A DNA stretch of 63,944 nucleotides, counting the filler, from Folioceros fuciformis (lineage: Eukaryota): assembly GCA_049999805.1 (NCBI GenBank). It is 8 parts of 8 records of this genome, joined end to end, with 100 filler letters (N's around TTAATTAATTAA, not from the genome) between each part and the next. Parts side by side here need not be neighbours in the genome. Positions count along the whole stretch, not along the records: positions 32,265 to 44,335 come from JBNGIO010001473.1; positions 44,436 to 49,833 come from JBNGIO010001474.1; 6 more parts are not named here. One strand, 5' to 3'. The translations under genes were made by a program, and so were the position numbers. The notes beneath the pieces were generated by a model. It was not told where the DNA came from. It saw only the letters and a program-made list of their open reading frames with translations, and searched no databases. This document shows positions 35,254-47,909 of the stretch, piece after piece. Positions within the stretch are counted from its first letter, which is position 1, and every line of letters starts with the position of its first letter.

Positions 35254-38200
35254 AGGCTAGCATGCGGGAACAGTAAGGACAGCAACCATGGACACTTGCA
35301 CCATCAACCAGCAATCCCAAACCTCAGCCACATCCAATAGCTGAAACTTAGCAACATCTGACTGGAAAGGGAGACAAGGTCTCAACCACATCAGTCAACT
35401 GAAGCAAGAAACATCTGGAGCTCATGAAGCAAGAGCTGAAGACCAAAGGGTGGCAAGTAACAATGAGTTCAAGGGACTCTCCTAGCCTTATAGGAGCCCC
35501 CCTCTCTCTTCACACTCTCTCTCTCTTTAGGTCAATACTATGAAAAGTCAACTAAATTAATGAACCTCTTGGCTCACTTATCTAGGCCTGCTTAGAAAAT
35601 GACCTGGTGTTAGAAGTCTTAATGGGCCTACCATTTAGGCCCAATCGCCACAAGCCAACATAAACTAAGTCTAAACAGTGGGGCCTAACCCCACTCCTAA
35701 CACTCTTCCGCCAGCTGTGTCCTTGGGAGAGAACCTTCTGATCTTCTGCTGGCTGCAATTATCCTCCTTGTCCTCCAATGCTGTCACCTCATCAGCTGGT
35801 CTCTTCCTTATTGTTGGGCTGCTCTCCAATGGCATAAGAGGAGGCGACTCCTCATATCCTATAGGCAACACAAGTGATAGATCCACGTTAGGTTCTGTCC
35901 TAGGGTCAGGTGTCCCTAAGATCTCATGTTTTGTCGGATGTGCATTCCACATCTGTCGGTGGCACTCCCCTGCCCTCTTGGGATGGGCATAGGACTAGTG
36001 CCATTTTTAGAGCCATTCCATCCTACCATTAGGATCCGCAGCATAGGGACGGAAGTCCCACAGATCCTTGGGTGACACCTGTCATGTAAGGCCCAAAAAT
36101 TTCATGTTCTCTTGCTTGGGGGCCTCCTTTGGCACTGGTGGGGCGGGAGTGGAATCCACCTGTACCTTTATCTCACCCATGCTCTTCTTTGTCTTCATGT
36201 TTTATTGGTTGAGCCCCAAGTCATGTCATTACCGAAGACACTTCCGTCCGGCAAAGAGAAAACCACCTCAGCGTTGGTGACTCCTGCAACCAAGATCCTA
36301 TCCATGACTCACAGCACTGCTTGCAACCCCTTCATCAACTCACAGACCACCCTTCATCACCACTCATGCAATTGCTGGATCACCTGCACCCCGAGAAGGA
36401 AAAAAGGGGGGAAAAAAGAACAGGAGGCCAAGAGCCACACACCCTCCTTTATGCCCATGAAGTTTGAATCACCTGCCTTGCTCTTTGCCCCTTGCCTGTG
36501 CGTGAAGGAGAGAAAAAGAAACAAGCCAAAAGGGGCAGGATCCGCGCCTCGTTCCCCTTTCTCACAACCCCATCAATAAGCTCCTGGGAGCAACAATCCA
36601 GAGGGAGCCTAGCTGGCTCCACATGTTGCTCTCCACATTAAAATCAACAAATGAGGGGGATGCAAAATCCCCCATTGAAGCTAGCTGCCCGTGATCTGCA
36701 AGTTAGAGCGAAAAGAGAATTATGGGGAGGTGGCTCTTCACTCGGTTTGCTCACAGCCCTCCTCTCACTGCTTCAACCAGCCTTGCATGCAACCTATGCC
36801 TCCTCTAACTCACGCATTCCTAGGATCCTGCCTCCAAATTGCTCCCTGATCACGGAAGGAAAAAAAAAACAAGAAGAAGGAACAGCCGCCGGGTTCCTTC
36901 TCCCCCATGGCAGCCTCACTGCCTCTCGACTACCTAAGCTCACTGCCTCTCCAATGTGGCAGCCTCATTGCCTCCTCCAACTCACGGTCCTCTGCCCGCC
37001 CATTTGCTCACAAATGGCTACTTTCCCTAAGCTCCCAAGCACCTGAGGACTTAAAGTGGTTGCATGTCACATGGGAACTTAGAGTACTTGCATGCTGGTG
37101 CGTTGGAGTACTTGCATGCCACTTGGGGACTTAGAGTGCTAGCATGCAATCTAGTGACTTGGAGTTCTTGCATGCAGCCTGGTTAAGCATGTCCCCTACC
37201 TAGACCTCTTGCCAAACCTGATGGTTTGGTACCAGACCACCTCTGTCCCCCTGATAGATCCATCTCACTTCTATCCCTCATACGGATCCTAGTCACTTTT
37301 GTCCCCCGGACAGACCCATAAGACTTCTGTCCCTCGAATAGATGCTTCTCCTTACCATGTGTGAGCACCCCACTCACATATATAGCCACTGAAAAATAAA
37401 AATAGAAAATAGAAACAAAACCAACTAGGAAGGAACCAACCTTCCCTATACTAGCCGCATTTGTACAACTTGTACCAAAATTGGAACACTTGCCTGAAAT
37501 TCTTTGTTCCACACTGCAACCTGCCTGAAAGACCAAGCTAGTCCTTCCGCCACACCTGTGATGATGCCTTGGGCCGCTTGTGTTGCTCCTTCTGCAGCGG
37601 CCTCGGAGTAGAATCTGAAATTGGGAGGTAGCTTTGCTCTCCCAAAGGACATATAGATAGCCTTTCTCATGGCCTTTGGGTCCGTGATACCTCCTTCAAT
37701 GAGGTCCTCTAGGACTATGGATTGTAGCAAAGCCCTATGGAGATCGGGCTTCTCCCTGGTCAGTTTGGGAGTTGAAGTCGGGATTACTCCAGCGGGTGGT
37801 GGGCTAGGAGAGCGGGGACCTTGCCCTTTCTTCCTCTTGTGGGGTGAGGGAGGCCGTTTTACTTTGGGCAGCCCAATCTCGTGCTGTTCGTTATAATCAA
37901 GTTATATGGCCAGTTGGACCAGCTCCATGCAGTCCACCTCCTTGTTGGTCTTGGGCGCACCCGTTGTTCTTGGTACCGGAGCAAAAGAGTCCTCCGTCTC
38001 TAGACTGGTGGCTGGTGGGGCACTTCGCAACGGGATCCGTCTACCTGCCGTAGAAATTGCCTTGATGTTCCACCATTTGGGCGGAGGCACTTGTGCCGGT
38101 GGCACTTCTGCCTTCCGCTTTGGGGGCGGACTAGTTGGGGAGTTGGGAGCCAAGGTGAAGGCCATAGGGGGCAACTCCGGTGTGACTCCACAGCTATCCT

Positions 38201-38929
38201 CTAAAGTATCTGAGACTGATAGAGGTACCGGTGCTATGGCAAGCGCCTTGGGCTGGGTGGGAGGCACCACAAGCTTCTTCCTTGGAGCCGATGTCGTAGT
38301 AGCAGAGGAGGAGGGCGGAGCGAGGGGCAATCGGGAAAGTGCTGCCTTCTCCAAATCTATGAGGACCTTATAATGGCCCCAGATATGGAATAGGAAGGGA
38401 GAAGCCCTCGGATGGGTGGCTTCTGTTGCCTAAGCTTCCTAACATAGGACTGTATCTGATGGGATATCACCTTTCCCCAATCTACCAGGGTTCCTTGCGC
38501 CATGTCGTAGAGCAACAGTAGGACTCCATCCGCTACATGGTTTGTCTTAGTGAAAAGCAGCCAATTGACAATGAGACGTGCTACTCCCCTGATCCTCAAA
38601 TCTGCAATGTCATGGATTAACCACCCGTTGGTGGCCTTGGTGGAGTCTACTATCAGGAGCACCGCTGCCGCTTCCTTCACCAACTCCTTATTTTGCTGTG
38701 AATTAAGGTAAAGTACTCCGCGTTCCTCCGCCGAGCACTGATAGACTTCTCACATCATTTGGACGGTCCACAAGGTGGGATTATCCCGAACCTTGGAGGA
38801 CTCTAGCTTGCCCTACGTGCAACGCCACAAGGTCCTGGCAAATTCTCGGACGATCGCCATCAAGGATGCCTTAGGGAAACTAGAAAATCCTCAGCTCCCA
38901 TTGCTCCTATCAGAGTTCTTGGAAGAACA
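35254..38929 (-). mobile_element. Remnant of a probable Ty3/gypsy (Athila-like) element: degenerate extra ORF, PPT-like tract and long LTR-like segment
   Basis: Broken minus-strand frame with AIVREFARTL and VDWGKVISHQI (ATHILA ORF-1/Transposase_32-like pattern) and a Pro-rich linker; purine tract AGGTAGGGGACA then TG at about 37189; CTATAAGG near 35490. Confidence 0.5.
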
Positions 38930-39068
38930 TGGTTAATTAATTTTCAGGAAATTGCAACAAGGGTTTTTAAGGTGTTTTCCTGAAACGTCGTAACTATTCA
39001 CTAAGTGGCTATTCGCTTAATTATGACATAAACGAAACGCTAACCCTAACGAGGTTTAATTTCCAACA
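38930..39068 (-). repeat. Putative short 3' LTR of copia #2 (about 139 bp)
   Basis: Starts TGTTGG after the PPT; AT-rich; ends ..AACCA where the Athila-like coding sequence resumes. The left boundary is inferred. Confidence 0.55.
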
Positions 39069-39536
39069 CGCCCCCGTAAGCGAATCAGCCAGGTTAGCGA
39101 CAGAAACGCGAGAGCAGAATGGGAGAAACACTCGTCATTCTGAACCTGTGCGTCCTGGCAATCGCAATATACATCCTTCACCAGCAACAGGGAAAGAATG
39201 CGCAGCCTGGCACGACACAACCACAGCACGAGCGACGCAAAGCACAGTATAATGTGGAGAAGACGTGCACGATGGAGCAGAGATGAACAGCAGCGGGATG
39301 GAAAATCCAGCTGATGTGCATGCTGTCACTGAAGCGTAAAACTAGAACTGCAGGGGCTGAGAAAACGGTGGAAGAGCTCCAACTGAAGCATCAGCTGAAG
39401 CAAGCAGCAGGATGTCCGCTGCCAAAGACTCCAAGACGTGGAGCAGAACACCGAGGACTGCAGGAAGATGGCGATTCAATCTGAAGGAGAGCTTCATCCG
39501 CCAAAGTCTGCAGTCGCACAGCTGTCCAAGGATCAC

Positions 39537-42500
39537 TTAGCTCGCGAGAGAGAAATCTGTGACTCCCAGAGTAGCCATATGTCGCGCATGTAGAGAGGAA
39601 GGCAGAAATTTTGTGAGAAGATCAGCAGGATTCTCCTCTGTAGGGATATACTCAATTTGTACTTCCTTTTCTTGCACAGAGTTGCGAATAAAATGGTGAT
39701 GCACCTCGATGTGCTTAGTTCTCGCGTGAAATCGCGGATTGGCAGTCATAGCAATTGTGGACATATTGTCACACGAGATCACAGTGGGTTGAGATGGCAG
39801 AAACCCTAAACCACTGAGGAAACTGCGTTCCCAAATGGCCTCCTTGGCTGCTTCGGTCAAGGATTTGTATTCCGCTTCCGTCGAGGAGAGGGCAACACTA
39901 GCTTGTTTCTTTGCAGCCCAGTGCACAGCAGAATCGGAGAGAAGAAAACAGTATGCGGAGATGCTTCGACGAGCATCAGGGTCGGTGGCCCAATCAGCAT
40001 CGGCAAAACCACACAGAGCCTGATCCCGAGATCGCCCCCGGAAGCAGAGCCCATACTATTGAGTGCCTTTCAGGTAACGCAAAATCCATTTAACGGCACC
40101 CCAGTGCTCCTTTCCAGGATTGTCCATAAATTGAGAAACGACACTAACCGAGTACTGGATGTCCGGGCGAGTCCAGCAGCTGATGTAATTGAGACAACCA
40201 ACTGCATGGCGATAGGGCACTGGAGACATAGCTTGCCGATCTGCATTAGTCTGAGGGCACTGATTGCGAGAGAGCTTAGCACCAACTGGGCCAGGAGTAG
40301 AAACAGGCTTCGAAGAATCAAGATGAAATCGTCGAAGAGTCTCTGCAATATACTTAGCCTGATGGAGAAAAATGGTACGAGAGGCTGGCTCACGAACCAA
40401 CTGTACCCCCAAAACGAAAGTAAGTGGACCGATGTCTTTCATGTCATATTTGCTGTGCAGCATCTGCTTTACCCAAGCTAAAAGTTCAGGGTTGTTTGAA
40501 GCCAGAATGGCATCATCGACATACAACGCCAAAATCACCAGTTTACCATTCTGGGAGTACAAGTAGACATTAGCTGATGGACTTAAGGTATTTGTCGATG
40601 GCCTTATACCACTCCCGTGCTGACTGCTTTAAACCGTAGATGGTCTTCTTTAGTCGACAGACCCAATCTGGGTGTTCAGGATCCGCAAAGCCCTCGGGCT
40701 GCTGCATGTAAATATCCTCTTCTAACTCGCCATACAGGAATGACGTACAGACGTCCATTTGTTGAAGATCCCATTCATAGGCAGCAGCAAGAGCAATGAT
40801 CATGCGTATAGATTGGGTTTTCACAACCGGACTAAAGGTTTCAGTGAAATCCACACCAGGAATTTGAGTAAACCCACGAGCAACAAGGCGAGACTTGTAT
40901 CTGGAAATCTGGCCTTCAGCGTTAAGTTTGTGTTTAAATACCCACTTGCAGCTAATAACTTTTCTGCCTGAGGGAAGAGGACAGAGCTCCCAAGTGGAAT
41001 TCTTGATGAGTGAATTATATTCATCTTGAATGGACGGCTGCCAGTGATGTTTATCAGGTCCTGTAATGGCCTCGGTATATGTGCAAGGTTCGAGCTTAGA
41101 AAAGGGTTGCTCAGCAGAATCCAGCAAAGCAATGCCAGCTCTTGAACGACGAAAGTCAATTGAGGCATATGGTGGCTCCACCCACTCTGAAGGAGGTGGA
41201 CGAGACCGACGAGGATATCTTGATTCAGTGGCATCCATGGATGGTGGAATTACCACAGGAATTGTAGCATGGGGAGGCTCCTCAGACGGTATAGCAGGTG
41301 AAGCATCTGGAGGAACATCTGAATGGGCATCAGATGTGAAGGAGGAGGTAGGTATACCCGTCGCGGCTTGATCCTGCTCAGATGCATGTGGCTGATCTAA
41401 AACATCAGCCATACCAACTTGGGAACCAGCAATTTCCCTTTCTAATTGTGGTAAGTAAGAGGAGTCCTGTTCTTCAGAGAAAACTGCAGATGTATCTGGC
41501 CCCAAGGAACCAGGTACAGAAGTAGCAGGGGAATCATCTGAAGGATACTCTGAAACATCTTCATCCTCAAAAGCATCGATATGTTCAACAGAAGACTAGT
41601 TATGTGGCAGAGAATCGAAGAACGGTTTAGCAGGTACGATAATTTCCTTAAAGGTTACACTTCGAGCATAAACGGCTTCCTTGGAAAAGGTATCGTATAG
41701 CTTGTAGGCTTTCACCTCTTCTCCATATCCGACAAATATAAGTGGCTTTGCTCTGGCTTCCAATTTCTTCCGTTTGTCCTTTGGAATATAGGCGTAAGCG
41801 GGAGAACCGAAGACACGAAGGTGGAGGAGACTAGGCTTTCGCCGCCAGACAACCTCAAAAGGTGTCTTATCTGCCACTGCCTTTGTTAACAAACGATTGA
41901 GGATGTAAGTTGCGGTTACCACTGCCTCTGCCCAGAAACCTTTACTTAATCCTGACCACTCAAGCATACTCCTTGTCATTCCAAGCAGTGTTTGATTTCG
42001 TCTTTCCGCGACCCCATTCTGTTGCTGGGTGTAGGGAATAATCAACTGCCGAAGTATGCCATGATCAGTAAGGAATTGGGTAAAGTGAGAGTGTACGAAC
42101 TCTGTCCCGTTGTCTGATCGGAGGCACTTCAAGGAACAACCAGTTTGCTTCTGAACAACAGGCAGCCAGTCCTTAAAAACACTGAAAGTATCGGACTTCA
42201 ACCGGATGGGGTAAGTCCATGAATACCTGCTATAATCATCCGTAAGTGTAAAGTAGTACTGGGCTCCTCCCAAACTAGGAATATGTATCTTACCAGATAT
42301 ATCAGCGTGCACCAACTCTAACACATTGGATGCACGATGAGCGACAGTTCTAGGGAAGGGGAGCTCCTTTTGTTTAGCAACTACGCATGCATCGCACAAA
42401 GGAAGATCCTGGAAACATTTTGGCAGGGGTTCCCTATAACAAGTAAGACCAGAAAGCCTAATCAATTTATCACGGTTAGCATGACCTAATCTGGCATGCC

Positions 42501-44024
42501 AAAGACTGGCAACAGCAGCTTGAGAAAGACGTGCTGAATTGACCGAATCCCTAGTTACGCATGTCAGATTCATCTGATAAAGATCATGCACTAATTTGCC
42601 ATCAGCAATGACCTCTTGTCTATCTCCCCCTTTCTTCACTAACACACATCCTGTGGCAGTGAAGTACAGGTCAAGCTGATGCAAGGATAGAAGCTGGCTA
42701 ACAGAAAGGAGATTCTTAGCCATATGAGGAACATGCAACACATGATCCAAGTGAAGGACTGAGCCATCAAGAAGACGAAAACGGCAAGTGCCACTCCCCC
42801 TGATGGACAGACCTGTCCGTGTTATCTCATCACCCAAGAGGACCTTATCTCGTAAAGATGAGGACCGGTAGTGAGTAAATAGCGATTTATCATTGCAAAT
42901 GTGTGACGTTGCACCTGAATCTAGGTACCAAACGTGTGGAAGAGATGGGAGAGAGGAGGCCAAGCAAACTGTCATCACAACGGGAGGTTTGCTGGAAAGG
43001 GAAGAAGAACGATCTCGGGTTGCAGTCACGTGAGCTTCAGCCGGACGAACAAGCTTCTCAACTCGACGGGGCTCACCAAATTTCTTCTTCCTACATTCTC
43101 TTTCCCAGTGTCCTTGGATACCGCACCAATTGCATGCACCTACTCGTTTCTGGGAAGTTGAAGGCTTCGAAGTTGAAGCACCAGGTGAAAATTTGCCTCG
43201 TGTGTTCTTGTTCTTAGCATACAGGACCTTGTCAAGTTTTGTGCGTCCCGTATGCTGTGTGGAACTAACACGGCTTTGCTCCTCTTGCAGCAAAGCACCG
43301 ACCACATCAGTGAAATTAATGCGCGAAGGAAGACCTAAGGCAACAGCTCTGTCAGCTTCACGGAGGGTAGACCCATAGCTGGACACGAACGGTTGGTAGC
43401 TAGGAGGCAGACTAGTAAGTAACTGAGCAACAACATCCAAATCTGGAAACGATGAACCCAGATGGATCAATTGTGCTCGAAGCTGACGAAAACGAAGAAT
43501 GAAAGGTGAAACTTTTTCTCCCTCTTTGAGTCGTAGACTCTCACAGCACATATGGTGAGAATGTTCTTTACTTCATAAGTTTGCAGCAGTTGGTTCCATA
43601 TGTCCTCAGCCTTAGAAATAAATGCCACATCTGGGAGGAGAACTTCATCGAGACCACTGATCAATACCGCACAAGCGACACTATTCAGGTTCTCCCACCT
43701 TGATTTCTCCTCTGATGTGGAAGTTATTGACGGCTTCGTAATTGTCCCATCTACCACACCCCACACATGTCTTGCTTGCAGGGCTGCAGTCATACGAACA
43801 CGCCAGCTTTCAAACTTGGTACCATTGAAGCGATCACGCTCTTTGAATTCAGCAACATAAGTAGGCTGAGGTAAGACGGCAGAGGGAGTCGGAGGGGGAG
43901 AACTGTCTGAAGTGCCTCCCGCTGCCACCTTCTCCAAAGCCTCCTCCTCCTGCACTGAGATCACCTTGCCCTCCGCGTCGGCGCTCGACTGACATCGTGT
44001 CTGACTATTAATCTGAAGGAGCAA
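39537..44024 (-). pseudogene. Copia #2 gag-pol polyprotein with several lesions
   Basis: RFNGTKFESWRVRM, CNWCGIQGHWEREC, WYLDSGATSHIC, DDYSRY/SDNGTEF/NGVAERRN, YKSRLVARGF, ALYVDD, SSTEAEY, ADLLTK. Frameshift near 43550, stops at 41596 and 40056, deletion/frameshift near 40570. Confidence 0.93.
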
Positions 44025-44335
44025 AATGGGAGATGTGTCGATTGATCAGGCCGACAACCTCACATTGGTCACCTCAGAGAGAAACAATCGGAAACACGGG
44101 ATCGATAGCGCCAGAAAAAATGGCAGATGTGCAAAACCGTCTTCAGGGAGGAATTAGCTGCAGGCGATCAGCAATCGCATGGAGCTAACCTTCTCCGCTG
44201 ACGAATTTTCACATCTGCAGACAGCGCGGAGGGTTTTCATTCATGAATTCATGTGCAGGATCAGGCGGCTGCGACCAACCGTCGTGACAGTTGGAAGTTT
44301 GCGAGGAGGGAGCATCCAACAACGACACCAGCAAG

Positions 44336-44435
44336 NNNNNNNNNNNNNNNNNNNNNNNNNNNNNNNNNNNNNNNNNNNNTTAATTAATTAANNNNNNNNN
44401 NNNNNNNNNNNNNNNNNNNNNNNNNNNNNNNNNNN
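44336..44435. other. Artificial contig linker
   Basis: 44 N + TTAATTAATTAA + 44 N. Confidence 0.98.
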
Positions 44436-44593
44436 TTGTAGTGCACCAGAGGTGACGATGGCGGCGGCGACGATCCCAGTAGCAAAGACGACGGCGCCCG
44501 CGACAGCGCCGGGGAACCAGAGTGATGGTAGCAGCTCCCTGTCACCCCGGCCACTTCCGAGCACACCACCGCTGCCACAGCGTGTGCCGCCAT
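44436..44593 (-). CDS. Probable N-terminus of an unidentified gene (transit-peptide-like), cut by contig end
   Basis: GGGATGGCG start context; MAAHAVAAVVCSEVAGVTGSCYHHSGSPALSRAPSSLLLGSSPPPSS is Ser/Ala-rich; (GGA)n tract in the putative 5'UTR. Confidence 0.45.
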
Positions 44594-45236
44594 CCCTTGT
44601 CTTCTCCTCTTCCTCCTCCTCCTCCTCCTCCTCCCCGTCCTCCTCCTCCTACTCCTCACTCGAACTCTTCCTCGTCTTCCTCCCCGTCTCGATTCGTCTC
44701 GCGCCGCCGTCTCGATCCGCCCATTCTGCGAGCTGCTCTCTCCGTCCTCGCCCGGGTCAGGGTTTTCCGCCAAGGCCGCTGCGAGCCAAGCATCCCGTCG
44801 GCTCGCATTATCGCTTCCTCATTGGATGACAACTTCAACATATCTCGCAAACATATGTGCCTCCTGCCACGACCTCGATTTGCCTATCCGATTTGCCTTT
44901 TTATTACAACCTCACTGTACATGTCTCCAACACGTCCATGGTTTACAATCTCTCCCCCAGTGACCGACGTTTTCACTCTATTTTATTTTACAACAAGGTT
45001 AAACGGTACTTATTCAAATTAATGAAAATCCAAGACAAGCCATGCCTTCCTGATGCAGGTCCCGAGAGGCTCACGATTCACGAATTCGTGTCTCAAGCAG
45101 ATGGTGCGACATTGTCTGGGGAGATGGTTCGAGGAGCGGGGCCCGGCCGAATTTGGGGGAGCGTTGGAGGAGATTCTTCGTCCGTGCGGTACAGGGTGAG
45201 GCTGGCCTGACTGTCTGACAGGGGGAAGGCTGCGCA

Positions 45237-45347
45237 ATGTCTCCGTTTGGTTGTGTGTGGAAGCATGAGCAGAAATCCAAGGGAAGGAACCCGGTGAGAC
45301 GGCTGGGGTGGGCTATGGGGGAATGAATTTGGCGTTCTGTATTCTTC

Positions 45348-45412
<65 letters not shown>

Positions 45413-47222
45413 GCGTGTTCGTGTGCGTGTGCGTGTGCGTGTGCGCTTGCGTGTGTGATGATTGGTGTTCTCGCGGGTGGAGTTATGGTGTGGAGTTTTG
45501 TGAATGTAGCAAGAGAACGACTCTGGTGAGAGAATCTCTAACATCGGGGTGCTGAGGCGCCTGGTGTGGCCAGTGAAGGCGGAGGAGAGATTTGAAAAGC
45601 CGGCTGTGAGATGCGTGCTGTTGTGTTTTCTTGTGCTGTGTCAGTGCGGGAGTGGGATTTGGTGACGAGACTGTGGCGGATTTGGGTTGCAGAAGGGTTT
45701 GCCCTCCAACGAGAGAGCGGTGGAGAAGAATGTGCGTCGACAGAGTTGGTTGGCTCCGGCGCTGGGGCTGGCCAAGTACCTGCCGGCGCTGGTCCTTGGG
45801 TTCGTGTTGGGCATGATGGTGCAATTCCCAGGCGCGGCTGATGTTCCTGGCGGGAAGTTTCGGTGGGAGGAGCAGGGCAACAGGGCGAAGAATAAAGCTC
45901 TAAGGCTCAGGAGTGCGGGCCAGGCGAGCATCGGCACCAACACCGACGCCAACAAGTCTACTTCGGACAGCACAGAGCTGAAGATGGTAGTTCAAATTCG
46001 TGCTCCTTGCTTGTTCGATGGCGGGTTGGTGGGGAAGGTTTATGCTTGTGCTGCATGTGCGTTGATACTTTGGCACAGGTTTTTGTCGTTCGTCAAGACC
46101 TAAAAATGGGAGGAGGCAAAGTTGCAGCACAGTGTTCTCGTAAGTCCCTACATGCGCATATTGTATTCCCTGCTCTCTGCTCTCAAGCTTCCTGGCTAAC
46201 AGACCTCTGCTGAACTGGAATGAACGGCATCAGGTGCTTGTGATGGCGAATTCAGTTCAGATTTCCGTTCAGATTTTGGTATGCTTATCTGAGAGATTTG
46301 AGTACTGAACTCCATCCAACCTGCTAACTCATGGTCAACCTACTTTGTATGTAAGAGACGTCAACAGAGGGGGGATATAAGTCCTCTCTCCCGTCCTAAC
46401 TTGGAATGCTCACATCTTGGATGTTATTTGCTCTCTGATGAGCTTCTGCTTTGCGGTATCTCATTGGGCTGTATCTTACAACCTTTGCAGTGTGGTCGGG
46501 GCCTTCAGTACTCGGTTGCTGTGATGTTGAATTCATGAGTGGAGAGTGAATGCTGCTTGGTTTCTTATGCAGATGCGGCAGTTGGCATCTATAGTGAGCT
46601 GCTTTCCAGGTCCTACCCAAGTACCACCACTTTCTTGTGCCCACACACCAGTCGTGCCAGCCACAACAACTTCGGTCGTGCCAGCCACAACAACTAACCA
46701 ACTTCTGGACTTGTGGCAGGCAAAGGCCACTGTTGTACAAGTGGGAGCAGTGCGGGCAGCCCAAGATTGTGGTCACTTGCAAAAATCAGCAAGAAATGTG
46801 AGTCGTCTACCCAGCCGGTCAACAACAACGATGTAGTTTATCAGACAGATTGGTAAGCAAATCTGTTACCGTTTCAGGAATGAGATTAGGCACAGAGCAG
46901 AGAAGGCCGGCTTGCCAACCTTCACTGTTGCAGACGCCGGCCGAACACAGGTACGCACCTTGGAGACCACCAAGGTCGGAACTTGAGAACGATTTGTTTA
47001 TTGTAAATAGGATCTTACAAACTGTGGCCTACTGACAGGTAGCAGCAGGCTCGAAGACGGTGCTTGCTATTGGACCTGGTTCGTGCCCGTTTCCTTCACC
47101 CTCGTTCCCTGTAGCAAGGTTTGCGTCATTTCTTCACGGCCTTCACACTCCGCGTCAATTTCTTTGCAGGTCAGAAAGAGCTTGTTGATTCCATCACTCG
47201 ACATCTTCGGCTTTTGGCCTAG
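45237..47222 (+). CDS. PTH2: Peptidyl-tRNA hydrolase 2, multi-exon, with N-terminal TM segment
   Basis: Spliced exons give [78 protein letters not shown]. Exon 1 (45237) is inferred from matching splice phase. Confidence 0.9.
45349..45457. repeat. (GT)n microsatellite grading into (GTGTGC)n, inside PTH2 intron 1
   Basis: Seen directly in the sequence. Confidence 0.97.
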
Positions 47223-47909
47223 GTTTTCTCCTGTCTCATCCTTTATGCCGTCCAACAACCCTCAGCCCCTCTAAGTTGGATTAGTTGGAGGGATAGTCGC
47301 TTAAGGAGGACTGTTCGATGATGGTGAATACTATGAGGACGATCGGTCGTAGCAGAAAGGCGTCTTCCGTTTACTGCGGCTTCATGGCGATGTACATCGA
47401 CGATGTCCTAGACACACAGAACTGAACCCCTGAAGGATGGCACCTTCTGGGTCATTGATCACTATAGGGTACTTATTAATTTTTAAACATAGATGATTAG
47501 TTGCATTTGAAGAACCTTGAACTGTAGTTGTGCCATCAGTATGGCACTCGTGGTTTGATCAAACAAGTTTTGTATGAGTGTAGTCACATGCCTAATAGGG
47601 AGTGTGTCCTCAATGATCACAGGTCAAGACTGCCATTGGCAGGGTCACACGGCAACATAACTGCATAAATAACCGATTATGCTTAGTATCAATGGGTTCA
47701 CCCCATTGATTTCCCAGGATTCTTCGGTATTTCTAAGTACACTCACAGGAGGTGTCACAGCGCATTCAGAAGCGATATCAATGGAAGAAATGAGTGCAGC
47801 CCAGGTCATTTGTCCCTGCTGGATGAATCAATGATACAATGTACACCCCATCTGCATCGCAGTGTTCTACGAGTGTTCTCTATGTGGTTTACTCTGCCCA
47901 CGTCCCCCC

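Larger units (their letters stand above)
38930..44335 (-). mobile_element. Ty1/copia LTR retrotransposon #2, near complete; 5' LTR not in contig
   Basis: Domain order gag-PR-IN-RT-RH; PPT ACGGGGGCG followed by TGTTGG at 39068. Confidence 0.95.

Noticed and set aside
38933..38944. TTAATTAATT as a hidden contig join
   Set aside because: It is not the full 12-mer and has no flanking Ns; it fits the AT-rich LTR end.
39135..39536. env-like ORF after copia #2 pol
   Set aside because: Only two 64-aa ORFs with non-ATG starts and no convincing TM or env features.
45071..45555. Cys/Val- or His/Thr-repeat proteins
   Set aside because: These are translations of the intronic (GT)n microsatellite.
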